Source: Opitutales bacterium (lineage in GTDB: Bacteria > Verrucomicrobiota > Verrucomicrobiia > Opitutales > UBA2987). Taken from it: DNA of 64,000 nucleotides. The stretch lies in contig CBDDEL010000016.1 in the NCBI GenBank assembly GCA_965226885.1, positions 768,001-832,000 of the forward strand, read 5' to 3'. Below, one piece after another: positions 30,822-41,861 of the stretch; within the stretch, counting starts at the first letter, position 1, and every line of letters starts with the position of its first letter. The notes under the pieces are model-generated. The model saw only the letters and a program-made list of their open reading frames with translations. It did no database searches and had not been told where the DNA came from. The position numbers and the translations under genes are program-made.

Positions 30822-32148
30822 TGATGTGCACTGGAAAAAGTGGACACGAGATTCTCCTAAATGGAGAATCGAAGCATGGGAAGAAGACGCTTTAGTATAG
30901 AGTTCAAAAATGAGGCAGTTCAACTGATGATACTCGATGGTCTGAGCGCCACCGAGGTATCGACCAAACTTGGGGTCAACACCAACCAATTATATAGGTG
31001 GAAGAGGCTCTATCTGGACGATCAGCAGGGCGAAGCCACCTCAAAGCGACAGAGCAGTCCGAAGGAGATGGCGGCCGAGATAGATCGTCTTCGCAAAGAG
31101 CTGCGCCGCTCGGAGCGGATCAACCAGATACTAAAAAAACGGTGGGCTACTTTGCCAAGGACGAACAATGAAGTACCAGTTTGTCAAAGACAACGAGGGG
31201 CGCTTCAAGATCGAGGAAATATGCTCGGCGATGGGGATTTGTCGCAGTGGCTATTACTGCTGGAGGCACCGAGCGCCCTCGGCCCGGCGGATCGAGGACG
31301 AGGGAATCAAGGGGGCGATCCTGAAGGTACACAAAGAGGCCAAGGGCCGCTATGGGCATCGGCCAATGCACCGCCATCTGAAGGATGATGAGGGCATCGA
31401 TTGCGGCCGTGACCGGGCTCTGCGTCTGATGCGTGAAATGGGAATCAAAAGCACCCAGAGTAAACGCTTTAAGCCATTAAAAACCAACAGTAACCATCCC
31501 TATGGTTACAGCCCCAATGTGCTTAAAAAGCATGGCCAGCCGACCCATATCGACGAGGTCTGGGTGGCGGACACGACCTACCTACGGACCCTGGCCGGTT
31601 GGATGTACTTGGCCACGGTGATGGACCTGTTCAGCCGACGCCTGCTGGGCTGGAGCGTTTCCAACCACAACGACGCGAAGCTGGTTGGCAAGGCCCTCAA
31701 AGCCGCGGCCATGACCCGCGGCACACTGCGCACCGGGATTATTCATCACAGCGATCGGGGCAGCCCCTACGCCAGCGACGACTATCAGAGGCTGGTCTCT
31801 GAACTAGGCATGAAGCCGAGCATGAGCGCCCAAGGCAACTGCTACGACAACGCGGCCATGGAATCGTTCTACGGCCGCTTCAAGACCAGCACGATTCGAG
31901 GCCGCCACTTTGCCGACGAGCGCGAACTGCGATCAACTGTCTTCGAATACGTGGAAATCTTCTACAACCGATATCGCAAACATTCCTCTCTGAGTTACCA
32001 AAGCCCAGTCCAATTCGAGGAAAATATTTGCCCCCCATGGGGGGCAACGAGAAAACAAAACCCTTTACCAAAACAAGCCGCCTGACACACTAATCAATAA
32101 ACAATGAATATAAGAGAATCCCGTGTCCAACAAATCCAGTACACGTCA
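30822..32148 (+). mobile_element. IS3-family element type B, copy 3 (1327 bp)
   Basis: 4-bp TSD AGAA; slippery run is A7 instead of A8; intergenic. Confidence 0.95.
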
Positions 32149-32379
32149 AGAATGAATGAAATTAATTAACATTATTGATAGACCCGCAAGGAATTATATA
32201 CAGAAATAATTCAAATAAAAAAGAAAAACTGATAAACCGGTTAACTTTTTTTCTAAAAAAAATTTCGGATTTAACAAACGGTAAATAGAAAATTATTATC
32301 ACCACTTTTTTTTAATCTCGTAGTTTCCGGTTGCCTTCGGAGAAAACGGGAGGTCAAGATAGATTCGCAACGAACGATT

Positions 32380-34953
32380 ATGGCGAAAACCGGCAAACAA
32401 AAGAAAGAGGGCTCCCTTACCCCCATGATGCGCCAGTATCAAGAGGTGCGGCGGGGGCTGCCGCCCAACACCCTGCTCCTCTTTCGCCTCGGCGATTTTT
32501 ACGAAATGTTCCTCGACGACGCCGCCACCGGGGCCCCCATTATGGGTATCACCCTGACCAAACGCCACGGCATGCCCATGGCCGGGATTCCCTACCATGC
32601 CGTCGACAATTACATCGGGAAACTACTGGCGGCAGGGAAAAAAGTCGCCATCTGCGACCAAATGGAAGCTCCCCAGCCCGGCAAAATCGTGAAACGGGCG
32701 CTCACCCGTATCCTTTCGCCGGGCACGACCTTGGAAGACCATCAGAGCAATGCGCGCACCAATAATTTTCTCCTCGCCGTCGAATGGGAAAAATCCACCT
32801 TGCAAGCGGCCTGGCTGGACCTTTCAACCGGGTATTTTCAAATCGCCTCGGACCCCTCGCCCGAAAATTTACTGGCCGTATTTTCCAGCATCCACCCGAG
32901 GGAAATCATTATCCCGGAGGAGGCCGCCAATGTTTGGAAAAAAGATGAAAGCCTGCAATCCTGGGCAGATTCATTTTTTCAGTTTTGTCAAGGGCGTCCT
33001 GTCAACGAACTGCCCGCCTACCACTTCGATCAGCCCGGCGGAGCCCAGAGTGTGATGGACGCTTTGGGAGTCATCAACCTGCAAGGTTTCGGCATCGCTG
33101 CGGAACACGGCGGCCTAGGGCCGGCCGGCGCCTTGATCCATTACGCGACCGAAAGCCTTTGCTCCAAACCGGGCAATTTGCGTGGGATCAAGGAATACCG
33201 GACCGCCCGAACCCTTCTCCTGGATCCCGCCACCTTGAGAAACCTGGAAATTTTCCGCTCCTCTCAAAACCGGCGGGAGGGAAGCCTCCTGGAGGCCATG
33301 GACGCCACCGTAACGGCTGCCGGAGCACGCCTGTTGGAACAATACCTGGCCGAGCCAACCCTGAACCTTGAGGAGGTAAAGCGACGCCAAAACTGTGTCG
33401 GAGATTTTCTCCAGGGGCCCGCATTCGCCTCGGAAATCCAGGAATACATGAAGGGTATCCGCGATATTCCCAGAATCCTGGGCCGGCTGCAAAACCGCAT
33501 CCGAAACCCACGCGAGCTGGGCGGCATCCGCGACACCTTGCGCCAGATCCCTCTCATTTTGCAAGTTCTTGGGCAATTCGATGAACCCGGGTTGGAGAAA
33601 TTGGCTGGCAAAGCGCTCGATTATCCGCAGTTACGCGAACTTCTGGAAAAATCCCTCGCCGAGGAGCTTCCCAATCAATTGAAGGACGGCGGCTACATCC
33701 GCGATGGTTTTGATGAATCTCTCGACCGTCTGCGGGGTTCCTCCCTTGAAAATAAAAACTGGCTTTCCGATTTGGAGAGAGAAGAACGGGAACGAACCGG
33801 CATCAAAAAACTTCGCATAAAATACAACCGTGCTTTCGGCTATTTTATAGAGGTGACCAAGATTAATCTCGATCTTGTCCCCGATCATTACATCCGCAAG
33901 CAGACGACCACTAACGCTGAACGCTACTACACCGAGGACCTGAAACAAAAGGAGAAAGAAATCCTCCACTCCGATGAAAGGTCCATTGCAAGGGAGGAGG
34001 AATTGTTTCGCAATCTGGTGGCCCATGTCTTGGCCGAAGCGGAATCCCTGGCCGAAACCGCGCGCGCCCTGGCGGAAATCGATCTTTACATCGGCTGGTC
34101 GAAAATCGCCCGCGAATGGGACTATTGCCGGCCTGAAATGGATGACAGCAGCTTGCTCCAAATCGAGGTGGGCCGCCACCCGGTTATCGAGCAAACCATC
34201 CGCAAAGAGCGTTATGGCTTGGCCGGGGCGCGTGCATTCGTTCCCAACGATGCCTTTTTGAGCGCGGAAAAAGATCAGATAGGTATCATCACGGGGCCCA
34301 ACATGGCAGGTAAATCCACCTACATCCGGCAGGTCGCCTTGATTACCCTAATGGCCCAAACCGGTTCCTGGACACCCGCCCGAAAATGCCGCATCGGCCT
34401 GGTCGATCGCATATTTTCCAGGATCGGGGCCAGCGACGAACTGTCTCGCGGCAACTCCACCTTCATGGTGGAAATGAACGAGACCGCCAACATCATCAAT
34501 AACGTGACCGATAAAAGTCTCGTCATTCTCGACGAAATCGGGCGCGGCACCAGCACCTACGATGGCATGAGCATCGCCTGGGCGGTCGTCGAGCACTTGC
34601 ATGGGGAAAAGATCCGCGGTCCCCGCACCTTGTTCGCCACCCATTACCACGAGTTGACTCGGCTCGAGCAATTGCTGCCCAGGGTATGCAATTACTGCGT
34701 CGCGGTGAAGGAATGGAATGACGAAATCGTTTTTGTGCGGCAGGTCTTGCGGGGCGCCTCCGACCGCAGCTACGGCATCCAGGTAGCCCGCTTGGCCGGT
34801 CTCCCCCAGAAAATCATCGATCGGGCCAAAGTATTGCTGGAGCAACTGGAGGCGGACGATTCCAGCCACAATCTGGCGGCGGACCGAAAAGGGGGGAAAC
34901 GCTCCGGGGTGAAGGAACCCAAACAATCCTGGCCCCAAATGGAACTTTTTTGA
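32380..34953 (+). CDS. mutS: DNA mismatch repair protein MutS
   Basis: TPMMRQY, GDFYEMF, TGPNMAGKST, STFMVEM, DEIGRGTS, FATHYHEL, SYGIQVARLAG. Confidence 0.98.
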   Translation: MAKTGKQKKEGSLTPMMRQYQEVRRGLPPNTLLLFRLGDFYEMFLDDAATGAPIMGITLTKRHGMPMAGIPYHAVDNYIGKLLAAGKKVAICDQMEAPQPGKIVKRALTRILSPGTTLEDHQSNARTNNFLLAVEWEKSTLQAAWLDLSTGYFQIASDPSPENLLAVFSSIHPREIIIPEEAANVWKKDESLQSWADSFFQFCQGRPVNELPAYHFDQPGGAQSVMDALGVINLQGFGIAAEHGGLGPAGALIHYATESLCSKPGNLRGIKEYRTARTLLLDPATLRNLEIFRSSQNRREGSLLEAMDATVTAAGARLLEQYLAEPTLNLEEVKRRQNCVGDFLQGPAFASEIQEYMKGIRDIPRILGRLQNRIRNPRELGGIRDTLRQIPLILQVLGQFDEPGLEKLAGKALDYPQLRELLEKSLAEELPNQLKDGGYIRDGFDESLDRLRGSSLENKNWLSDLEREERERTGIKKLRIKYNRAFGYFIEVTKINLDLVPDHYIRKQTTTNAERYYTEDLKQKEKEILHSDERSIAREEELFRNLVAHVLAEAESLAETARALAEIDLYIGWSKIAREWDYCRPEMDDSSLLQIEVGRHPVIEQTIRKERYGLAGARAFVPNDAFLSAEKDQIGIITGPNMAGKSTYIRQVALITLMAQTGSWTPARKCRIGLVDRIFSRIGASDELSRGNSTFMVEMNETANIINNVTDKSLVILDEIGRGTSTYDGMSIAWAVVEHLHGEKIRGPRTLFATHYHELTRLEQLLPRVCNYCVAVKEWNDEIVFVRQVLRGASDRSYGIQVARLAGLPQKIIDRAKVLLEQLEADDSSHNLAADRKGGKRSGVKEPKQSWPQMELF

Positions 34954-35009
34954 GCCTTTTTTTTCCAACGGAAATACTCTGCCCACACAACTCAAACCCC
35001 ACTCATTAA

Positions 35010-37598
35010 ATGAAAAACTGGACATTACTTCCATTTGCGCTACTCGGCGCAATCCTCTTCTCACAGCTTTCCTGCGTCAAATCGCCGGAAAAATCGACCG
35101 CCAAAGAAGAGGAAAAAGATAAAGAAGACGAAGAAAAAACCATTGCCGAAATCGTTGAAGAGAGCCAACGCTACGACGGTCTCTTTACTTTTTTCCAGGA
35201 CAAAAAAACGGGTGATGTCCACATGCTCGTCAATGCGGATCAGATCGACAAGGAATTCATCTATTTTTCACATACCGTTGATGGCATCGTAGAACCCGGC
35301 CATTTCAGGGGAAATTATCTCTGGAATTTCGTTTTTACGGTTCGAAAAAATTTCGACCAAATCGAGTTCATCGAAGAGAGCACCTCGTTTTATTTCGACC
35401 AGGACAACGCCCTTCACCGGTCGGCCGAAGCCAACATCAGCCGCTCCATCCTGGCCGTGGCCGAGATCGTCGCCCAGGATGAAGAAAAAGGTGAATACCT
35501 GATTGAGGCCGACACCCTTTTTCTCAAGGAAAATCTAAGCCAGATAACCCCTTCCCCCGATCCGGAACATGGGGATTCAGACGACGCCTTCAAACTAGGT
35601 TCCCTCAGCGAGGATAAAACCAGGTTTGTCAGCATAAAAAGCTATCCCCTCAACACCGATATCCTGGTGGAATACGTTTACGAGAATCCAACCCCCGATT
35701 GGGATGTTGAGGCTTATATCACCAATCCGAGAAATATCAGCATCAAAATCCAGCATAGCTTTCTGCCTATGCCGGAAAACGACTACATACCGCGCTTCGA
35801 CGACCCCCGTGTGGGCTATTTCCTGGACCGCGTGACAGACCTTACTTCTACCAGCGCGACTCCCTACCACGACCTCATCACACGTTGGCATCTCAAAAAG
35901 AAAAATCCCGGAGCCGAGCTCTCGGAGCCGGTTGAGCCCATCATTTTCTGGATCGAAAACAGCACACCGGTCGAATTTCGGGATACAATCAAAAAAGCGG
36001 GCGAGGCATGGAACGAAGCCTTCGAGTCGGCCGGTTTTAAAAACGCCATGGTGGTAAAAGTGCAGCCGGATGACGCCGAGTGGGATGCGGGCGACATCCG
36101 TTACAATGTTCTAAGGTGGACCTCCTCGCCCAATCCTCCCTTTGGCGGTTACGGGCCCAGCTTTACCAACCCGCGGACCGGTCAAATCATCGGGGCGGAC
36201 ATCATGCTGGAATACGTCTTTATGACCAATCGCTTGCACATGGAAAAACTTTTCGAGACGGCGGCGCTCGATTTTCCCGGCCAGGACAATCTGCCGCACA
36301 GCGGAATGACCTGCTCCATGGGCCATTTCATGCAATACAACAACTTGTTCGGCCAACAAGTACTGAGAACGGCGGGAGCTTCCGCCATCGAAATGAAACG
36401 GCTGATTGATGAAGCCCTTCATTTACTTATCCTGCACGAGATCGGCCATACCCTCGGGCTCAACCATAACATGAAGGCGACCCAGCTACACTCCATTGAG
36501 GATGTTCATAATCCAAAGATAACGGGACGGATCGGCCTCTCCGGGTCAGTTATGGATTATCACAGCATCAATATCGCCCCGCCCGGTGTCGAGCAAGGCC
36601 AGTATTACGACACCAAACCCGGCCCCTACGACCATTGGGCCATTGAATTCGGCTACTCCGAAGCTCTCGACGACCAAAGTGCAGAAGCCCAAAGGCTTGA
36701 AAAGATTCTCAGCCGTTCCACCGAACCGGAGCTGGCCTTCGGCAACGACGCCGACGATATGCGCGCTCCCGGCCGCCACATCGACCCCAGAGTCATGATC
36801 AGCGACCATTCCAGCGATGCAATCGGCTACGCGGAAGACCGGCTGCGCCTCACACGCCAGCTCATGCAGGGCATCAAGGAAAAATATTCAAAGCAGGGGC
36901 AATCTTATCATGAAATGAGAAATGCCTTCCTTATTTTGACGCGGGAACAAAGCACCTCGGCAAGAACGGTTTCACGATATATCGGCGGAGTATATGTGGA
37001 TCGGTCGATGATGGGCCAGGAGGGCGCCGGACAGCCCTTCACACCTGTCAGCCTGGCCAAACAGAAACAAGCCATGGAAGTCCTCAGTAAATATGTGTTC
37101 TCGCCGGAGGCTTTTGCCGCCCCGGAAGGACTCTACAACTACCTGGCCATGCAAAGGCGCGGTTTCGATTTTTACGACGATAACGAAGACCCCAAAGTCC
37201 ACCAACGGGTTCAGAATATTCAAAACGACATTCTCAACCACCTGCTTCACCGCAAAGTCCTGGCCCGCATCACGGATTCGCGGGTTTACGGCAACGAATA
37301 CAGCCTGATTGCATTCATGAGCGACTTGACCGATGCGGTTTTCCAGGCCGACGCTCACGCCGACGTCAATACCTTCCGTCAAAATTTGCAACTGGAGTAC
37401 GTCAACCGGCTGATCGCCGTAGCGGGGCCGGACGGAGATTCTAGATACGACTATCCTTCGCAATCGGCGGCCTTGCACAACCTCAATTCGATTAAAAAGA
37501 TGCTGCGGAATCGGCCGGTTGGAAACGAAGAAACCACCGCCCATACCGAACTCGTTCTCTTCACCATTGAGCGTGCCCTGGAAGTTAAAAAATCTTAA
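35010..37598 (+). CDS. Zinc-dependent metalloprotease lipoprotein (DUF5117/DUF4953 Met-zincin-like)
   Basis: Lipobox-like LSC; PRFDDPRVGYF, HEIGHTLGLNHN, Met-turn SVMDY, GPYDHWAIEFGY. Confidence 0.88.
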   Translation: MKNWTLLPFALLGAILFSQLSCVKSPEKSTAKEEEKDKEDEEKTIAEIVEESQRYDGLFTFFQDKKTGDVHMLVNADQIDKEFIYFSHTVDGIVEPGHFRGNYLWNFVFTVRKNFDQIEFIEESTSFYFDQDNALHRSAEANISRSILAVAEIVAQDEEKGEYLIEADTLFLKENLSQITPSPDPEHGDSDDAFKLGSLSEDKTRFVSIKSYPLNTDILVEYVYENPTPDWDVEAYITNPRNISIKIQHSFLPMPENDYIPRFDDPRVGYFLDRVTDLTSTSATPYHDLITRWHLKKKNPGAELSEPVEPIIFWIENSTPVEFRDTIKKAGEAWNEAFESAGFKNAMVVKVQPDDAEWDAGDIRYNVLRWTSSPNPPFGGYGPSFTNPRTGQIIGADIMLEYVFMTNRLHMEKLFETAALDFPGQDNLPHSGMTCSMGHFMQYNNLFGQQVLRTAGASAIEMKRLIDEALHLLILHEIGHTLGLNHNMKATQLHSIEDVHNPKITGRIGLSGSVMDYHSINIAPPGVEQGQYYDTKPGPYDHWAIEFGYSEALDDQSAEAQRLEKILSRSTEPELAFGNDADDMRAPGRHIDPRVMISDHSSDAIGYAEDRLRLTRQLMQGIKEKYSKQGQSYHEMRNAFLILTREQSTSARTVSRYIGGVYVDRSMMGQEGAGQPFTPVSLAKQKQAMEVLSKYVFSPEAFAAPEGLYNYLAMQRRGFDFYDDNEDPKVHQRVQNIQNDILNHLLHRKVLARITDSRVYGNEYSLIAFMSDLTDAVFQADAHADVNTFRQNLQLEYVNRLIAVAGPDGDSRYDYPSQSAALHNLNSIKKMLRNRPVGNEETTAHTELVLFTIERALEVKKS

Positions 37599-38350
37599 GT
37601 CCAGCAAGTTTTCAAACGGGTTAGCTCCCGCCCATCATTTTCGCTGATGATTTGATGCAGGAACCAATTCCCTTTTTCGTTTTCTCCATCGCCATGAGGC
37701 TGGGAGCGGCTCAAGACCCTGTCACCGTAGCCGATCTCGCCCCGAAATGCGACCTCCAACTCTGCGGGGCCGGAATTTCTCCCCAATTCATCGGGTAAGG
37801 TTTCCAGGGCCCATTCAACATAAACGGCGTTGTTGAAATGCCGGTTAAGGTCGAGGTCGTTTAACCTAACCAGGAACGGCCTCTCAAGGTAAGGTAGATC
37901 GGTCTTTAATCTGGGCATTGGGCCGAGCGAATCATGGAGCGCGCGATCGGCATAGAGAGGGAAATCGGGAAGGATGGCGCCAGCGTTGACCGGTTTTTTC
38001 TTTTCCAGGTCAATTATAATGAATGTAGTGGTGGCCAGGGCCAGAATTTCACCGTTTTCGCCGGACAGCTCGAATTCCCTCATGGCGAAAATCTTTTTCC
38101 ATCCGTAGGGCCAGGTTCGCAGCGTCACCCGGTCTTCCCAATGTGGATAACGGAATACCTTTAAATGCAGGCGGGAGAGGACCCAACTGAATTTTCTCGC
38201 CATCAAGTCGTGCCCGCCGACTCCCAATTGATTGGCGTGCTCTCCGGCGGCATCTTCAAAATAATTCAAGAGGCTGACCGCCTTGAGCGCCCCCGTTGTA
38301 TCGGACTCGTAGCTGCGGACCTTGTATCGTTGGCTGTAAATAGGTTTCAT
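37595..38350 (-). CDS. Acyl-ACP thioesterase (FatA-like double hotdog)
   Basis: VRSYESD, WVLSR, DLDLNRHFNNAVYVEW. Confidence 0.88.
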   Translation of the reverse strand: MKPIYSQRYKVRSYESDTTGALKAVSLLNYFEDAAGEHANQLGVGGHDLMARKFSWVLSRLHLKVFRYPHWEDRVTLRTWPYGWKKIFAMREFELSGENGEILALATTTFIIIDLEKKKPVNAGAILPDFPLYADRALHDSLGPMPRLKTDLPYLERPFLVRLNDLDLNRHFNNAVYVEWALETLPDELGRNSGPAELEVAFRGEIGYGDRVLSRSQPHGDGENEKGNWFLHQIISENDGRELTRLKTCWT

Positions 38351-40392
38351 TGTTCGTTTGAATTCCTGAAAATCCAGTTCCAGTATTCTGCCGCCCTGGC
38401 TGCAATATAATCGAGGTCTTCCGGAAGAAGGAATCCCTGCGCGGATAATTCCTGCGTGGCCAGGCGGACTTTTTTCAGGTATTTTTCCCGGTTAGGATAA
38501 AGAGACTTTATGGCAGGCCGAGGATCGCCGGATTTCGATTTTTCCGATGCCGTTTTGGGAAAGGGAAGAAAATTTCCCCAAAAATCGATCATTTCATCGT
38601 CCCCGCCGGGGAAACCGGTGCGCAGGCTCCAGGGTGTAAAAGTGGCCAGGGGAACCCGCAATTCGACATTGCGGACACCTCCAAGCTCATTCCCGAATGA
38701 ATCCACTTGCGGAATAAGAACGGGATATGACGGACCAGCTTTCGGCGGCTGATGATCGATGATGCCCCTCCCCCATCGCGGACCGTAATCAACCCGGTAG
38801 GCGTTGTGAATTCGCAAAGGAACCTCGACACCGGGAATGCCGGGGAATTTGAGATTTTCCAAACGGGTCAGGGTCGCATTCGACAATCGCGGAAAGACGT
38901 TGGCGGGAGGCTCGATCTCTTTCGAGACCCATTCCGCCAGGCGAACGAGAAGAGCGCGGTAGTTCACCTTGAACTCGAGAGGATTCCCCCTGAAAAAACG
39001 CTCGTCCTCGAAGCCCCCTTTATCCTCGGGCGGAAACGGGGCCACAAAATGTTGGCCGCCGGCCAGGTGGTAAATGCGCTCAGTGCCTAGGGGTTCCACA
39101 TCTTTTTGCCCGTCGATAGTGGTGTGAATTAAAGCGGCCGCCCTGCCCCAGTATTCATAGCCGGTGTTGATATAAAATAGCTTGGGGATAAATGCCATGT
39201 CGGGAATATGGGCGAGCAAGCCGTCGGATCGCCAGTTGACCGGATCGAATTGAGTCCGGCTGGAAAAAGGAAAAATATCGGTTGGGTATAAAAAGGCGGA
39301 ATAACGATGCCCGTCGCGCGATGGTTGAGCAAAACGATGGTTAAAACTACCGCGCCCGGCCCCAGCCGTAATGATCATCATGCCGTCGTAGGCTATCCTT
39401 CCCTCTTCATCGGTGTTGAATCCATCGTAAAGAAATTTGCGGAGAAAACGGCCGGTTTGGGAAATTCCCGCCGAGATGCCATATCGAGCCGGGAACGGGC
39501 TGTTTTTATGGTACTTGGCATGGGATACAATATCGCGGATCACCGCCAACCCCAGGCCGATGATAACCGGGTCGCGCGCCTGGTAAACCAGTTCGTAAAT
39601 CCTTCCCGCCTGGAAACCGTTTTGCAACGTTATGGAATCGTTGGCAGCATCTTCGCTTGTAAATTGCCACTCCGGGCGGGGAACAACAATACGCTCGGCA
39701 TCGCGGCCATCCCGCACAGTCAGTACATTATCGGGATGCGCGGGATCATCCACCCTGTAATAAATATGTTTCCGATGGCTCAATGGCAGCGTATTCGCCG
39801 CATCGTCCACTGTCCAGTCGCTACGAACCAGACCGGTGAGGCTTTCTCCATTAACGCCCTTGGCTACAGCCGCTTCCAGCCGTAGAAGCCCTTTGCCCAA
39901 GGGAACATCCGCCTGCCAGCCGATCCACACCACCGTGAATCCCCGGCGAAGGAGTAATCCGTCGCCAAAAGATTCGGGGTTGTCGGCAGCCAGACTGCGG
40001 TCCGTGGCGCGGTTGAAATAATTGAGGGAAAACTTGCCCCCACGGTTGCTTATTTCGACCAAGACAATGCCGTTTCCGACGTCGGGATTGACCGGCTTGA
40101 GAACAACCAGATTGGCCCGGGCTTCAATTTCTCCCTCTTCATTGCGGGGAGCGAGTTTCAGATCGACGATACGCTCATTGGCCGGATGGGCGGGGTCGAG
40201 ACCGAATTGAACCCGCCCTTTGAGCAATTCATAAGGGCCGCTCGATCCAAAATTGCGGCCTTCCAGTAGAATTTCCCGCGAGTCGATTTCCACTTTGCGG
40301 ACTGCCCCGAATAGCGGCCCGGCAAAAGAAATTCCGGACAAGACGAGAAATAAAAAACCGCAACGTAACATGGAAAACGATTGTCCCGTCAA
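38347..40392 (-). CDS. Exported alpha/beta-hydrolase-domain protein
   Basis: Signal peptide; GISQTGRFLR nucleophile-elbow motif, EYWGR, VDSFGNELGGVR. Confidence 0.75.
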   Translation of the reverse strand: MTGQSFSMLRCGFLFLVLSGISFAGPLFGAVRKVEIDSREILLEGRNFGSSGPYELLKGRVQFGLDPAHPANERIVDLKLAPRNEEGEIEARANLVVLKPVNPDVGNGIVLVEISNRGGKFSLNYFNRATDRSLAADNPESFGDGLLLRRGFTVVWIGWQADVPLGKGLLRLEAAVAKGVNGESLTGLVRSDWTVDDAANTLPLSHRKHIYYRVDDPAHPDNVLTVRDGRDAERIVVPRPEWQFTSEDAANDSITLQNGFQAGRIYELVYQARDPVIIGLGLAVIRDIVSHAKYHKNSPFPARYGISAGISQTGRFLRKFLYDGFNTDEEGRIAYDGMMIITAGAGRGSFNHRFAQPSRDGHRYSAFLYPTDIFPFSSRTQFDPVNWRSDGLLAHIPDMAFIPKLFYINTGYEYWGRAAALIHTTIDGQKDVEPLGTERIYHLAGGQHFVAPFPPEDKGGFEDERFFRGNPLEFKVNYRALLVRLAEWVSKEIEPPANVFPRLSNATLTRLENLKFPGIPGVEVPLRIHNAYRVDYGPRWGRGIIDHQPPKAGPSYPVLIPQVDSFGNELGGVRNVELRVPLATFTPWSLRTGFPGGDDEMIDFWGNFLPFPKTASEKSKSGDPRPAIKSLYPNREKYLKKVRLATQELSAQGFLLPEDLDYIAARAAEYWNWIFRNSNEQ

Positions 40393-41861
40393 TCAAGGTC
40401 GAATTTGACACCCTGGGCAAGCGGCAATTGCCCACTGTAATTGATGGTGGCGGTCTGCCGGCGCATGTAGGCTTTCCAGGTGTCGCTGCCGGACTCGCGC
40501 CCGCCCCCGGTTTCCTTTTCGCCTCCGAACGCTCCCCCGATCTCGGCCCCTGATGTGCCGATGTTGACATTGGAAATTCCGCAATCGGAACCGCCGGGCG
40601 AGAGGAAAAGCTCCGCCTCGTCCACACGGCCGGTGAATATAGCCGAGGCCAATCCCTGGGGTACGTCATTGTGAATTTCCATCGCCTCTTCCAGCTCTGT
40701 GTAGGGAAGAATGTATAAAATTGGGGCGAAGGTTTCCTGCAGCACCCTTGTTCCTCCCCAGACTATTCCGCCCTGGTCGCGAGCGGCTTGCAAAGCGGCC
40801 TGCATTTGCTTCCATGCGGCCTCGTCGATGAGCGGCCCCACCAAAACGCCATTATCAGACGGGTTTCCTATGGAAAGGCTATCATAAGTTTTTTTCAGCC
40901 TTTCGATTAACGAAGAAGCAACCGACCGGTGGACGATGAGCCGGCGGAGGGTCGTGCACCTCTGCCCACAGGTTCCCACGGCGGCGAAAACGATGGCCCT
41001 TAAAGCCAGTTCCAGGTCTGCCGAGGGCGTCAGAATCATGCCATTATTGCCGCCCAGTTCGAGCAGGGAGCGGCCCAACCTGGCACCCACGGTTTGCCCC
41101 ACGCCCCGGCCCATGGGCACCGAACCGGTAGCCGAAACCAAAGGCAGCCCGCCATTGCTCGCGATGGCCTTGCCAGTATCGGCCCGGCCAACCGTTACGG
41201 ACAGTAAATCCCTGGGCAAGTCTGGCATCTCCGCCAACGCTATGTTGGCCAGCAAGTGGCAGGCCAGGGCGCACAATGGCGTCTTTTTGGAAGGTTTCCA
41301 GACCACCGGATCCCCACATACGAGAGCGATGCAGGCGTTCCAGGCCCAAACGGCGACGGGACAATTGAAGGCCGTGATGACCCCAACCGGGCCGAGCGGG
41401 TGCCATTGTTCCATCAGCCGATGGCCGGGCCGCTCACTGGCGATGGTCAACCCGTACAACTGCCGGGATAGACCCACCGCAAAATCGCAAATATCGATCA
41501 TTTCCTGCACTTCGCCGCGTGCCTCGGAGTCAATTTTTCCGGCTTCCAGGGTGACCAATTCGGCTAGGGCCTCCTTGTGCTCTCGAAGAACCATGCCCAT
41601 CTGCCGGACCAACTCTCCCCTCCGGGGGGCCGGAATTAAACGGAATTTCCTGAAAGCCACCTGAGCCCGGAGAACCGATTCCTTAACATCATCCGCTGTG
41701 CAGGAACCCACCCTGGCGAGGACCTCGCCGTCGATGGGAGAAATCGCCTCGACGATTTCCCCTCCTCCCGGCTTGAACTCCTGCCCCACCAGGTGACCGG
41801 GCAGATTGTCAATGGTCCCCAGGGCGTTGAACCCAAGCTTTTCAAACCAATCGTTGTTCAT
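40389..41861 (-). CDS. ALDH7-type aminoadipate-semialdehyde / piperideine-6-carboxylate dehydrogenase, possibly with an internal in-frame deletion
   Basis: PAPRRGE, GLSRQLYG, LLELGGNN, GQRCTT, ETFAPILY, GAEIGGAFGGEKETGGGRESGSD. Confidence 0.88.
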   Translation of the reverse strand: MNNDWFEKLGFNALGTIDNLPGHLVGQEFKPGGGEIVEAISPIDGEVLARVGSCTADDVKESVLRAQVAFRKFRLIPAPRRGELVRQMGMVLREHKEALAELVTLEAGKIDSEARGEVQEMIDICDFAVGLSRQLYGLTIASERPGHRLMEQWHPLGPVGVITAFNCPVAVWAWNACIALVCGDPVVWKPSKKTPLCALACHLLANIALAEMPDLPRDLLSVTVGRADTGKAIASNGGLPLVSATGSVPMGRGVGQTVGARLGRSLLELGGNNGMILTPSADLELALRAIVFAAVGTCGQRCTTLRRLIVHRSVASSLIERLKKTYDSLSIGNPSDNGVLVGPLIDEAAWKQMQAALQAARDQGGIVWGGTRVLQETFAPILYILPYTELEEAMEIHNDVPQGLASAIFTGRVDEAELFLSPGGSDCGISNVNIGTSGAEIGGAFGGEKETGGGRESGSDTWKAYMRRQTATINYSGQLPLAQGVKFDLD

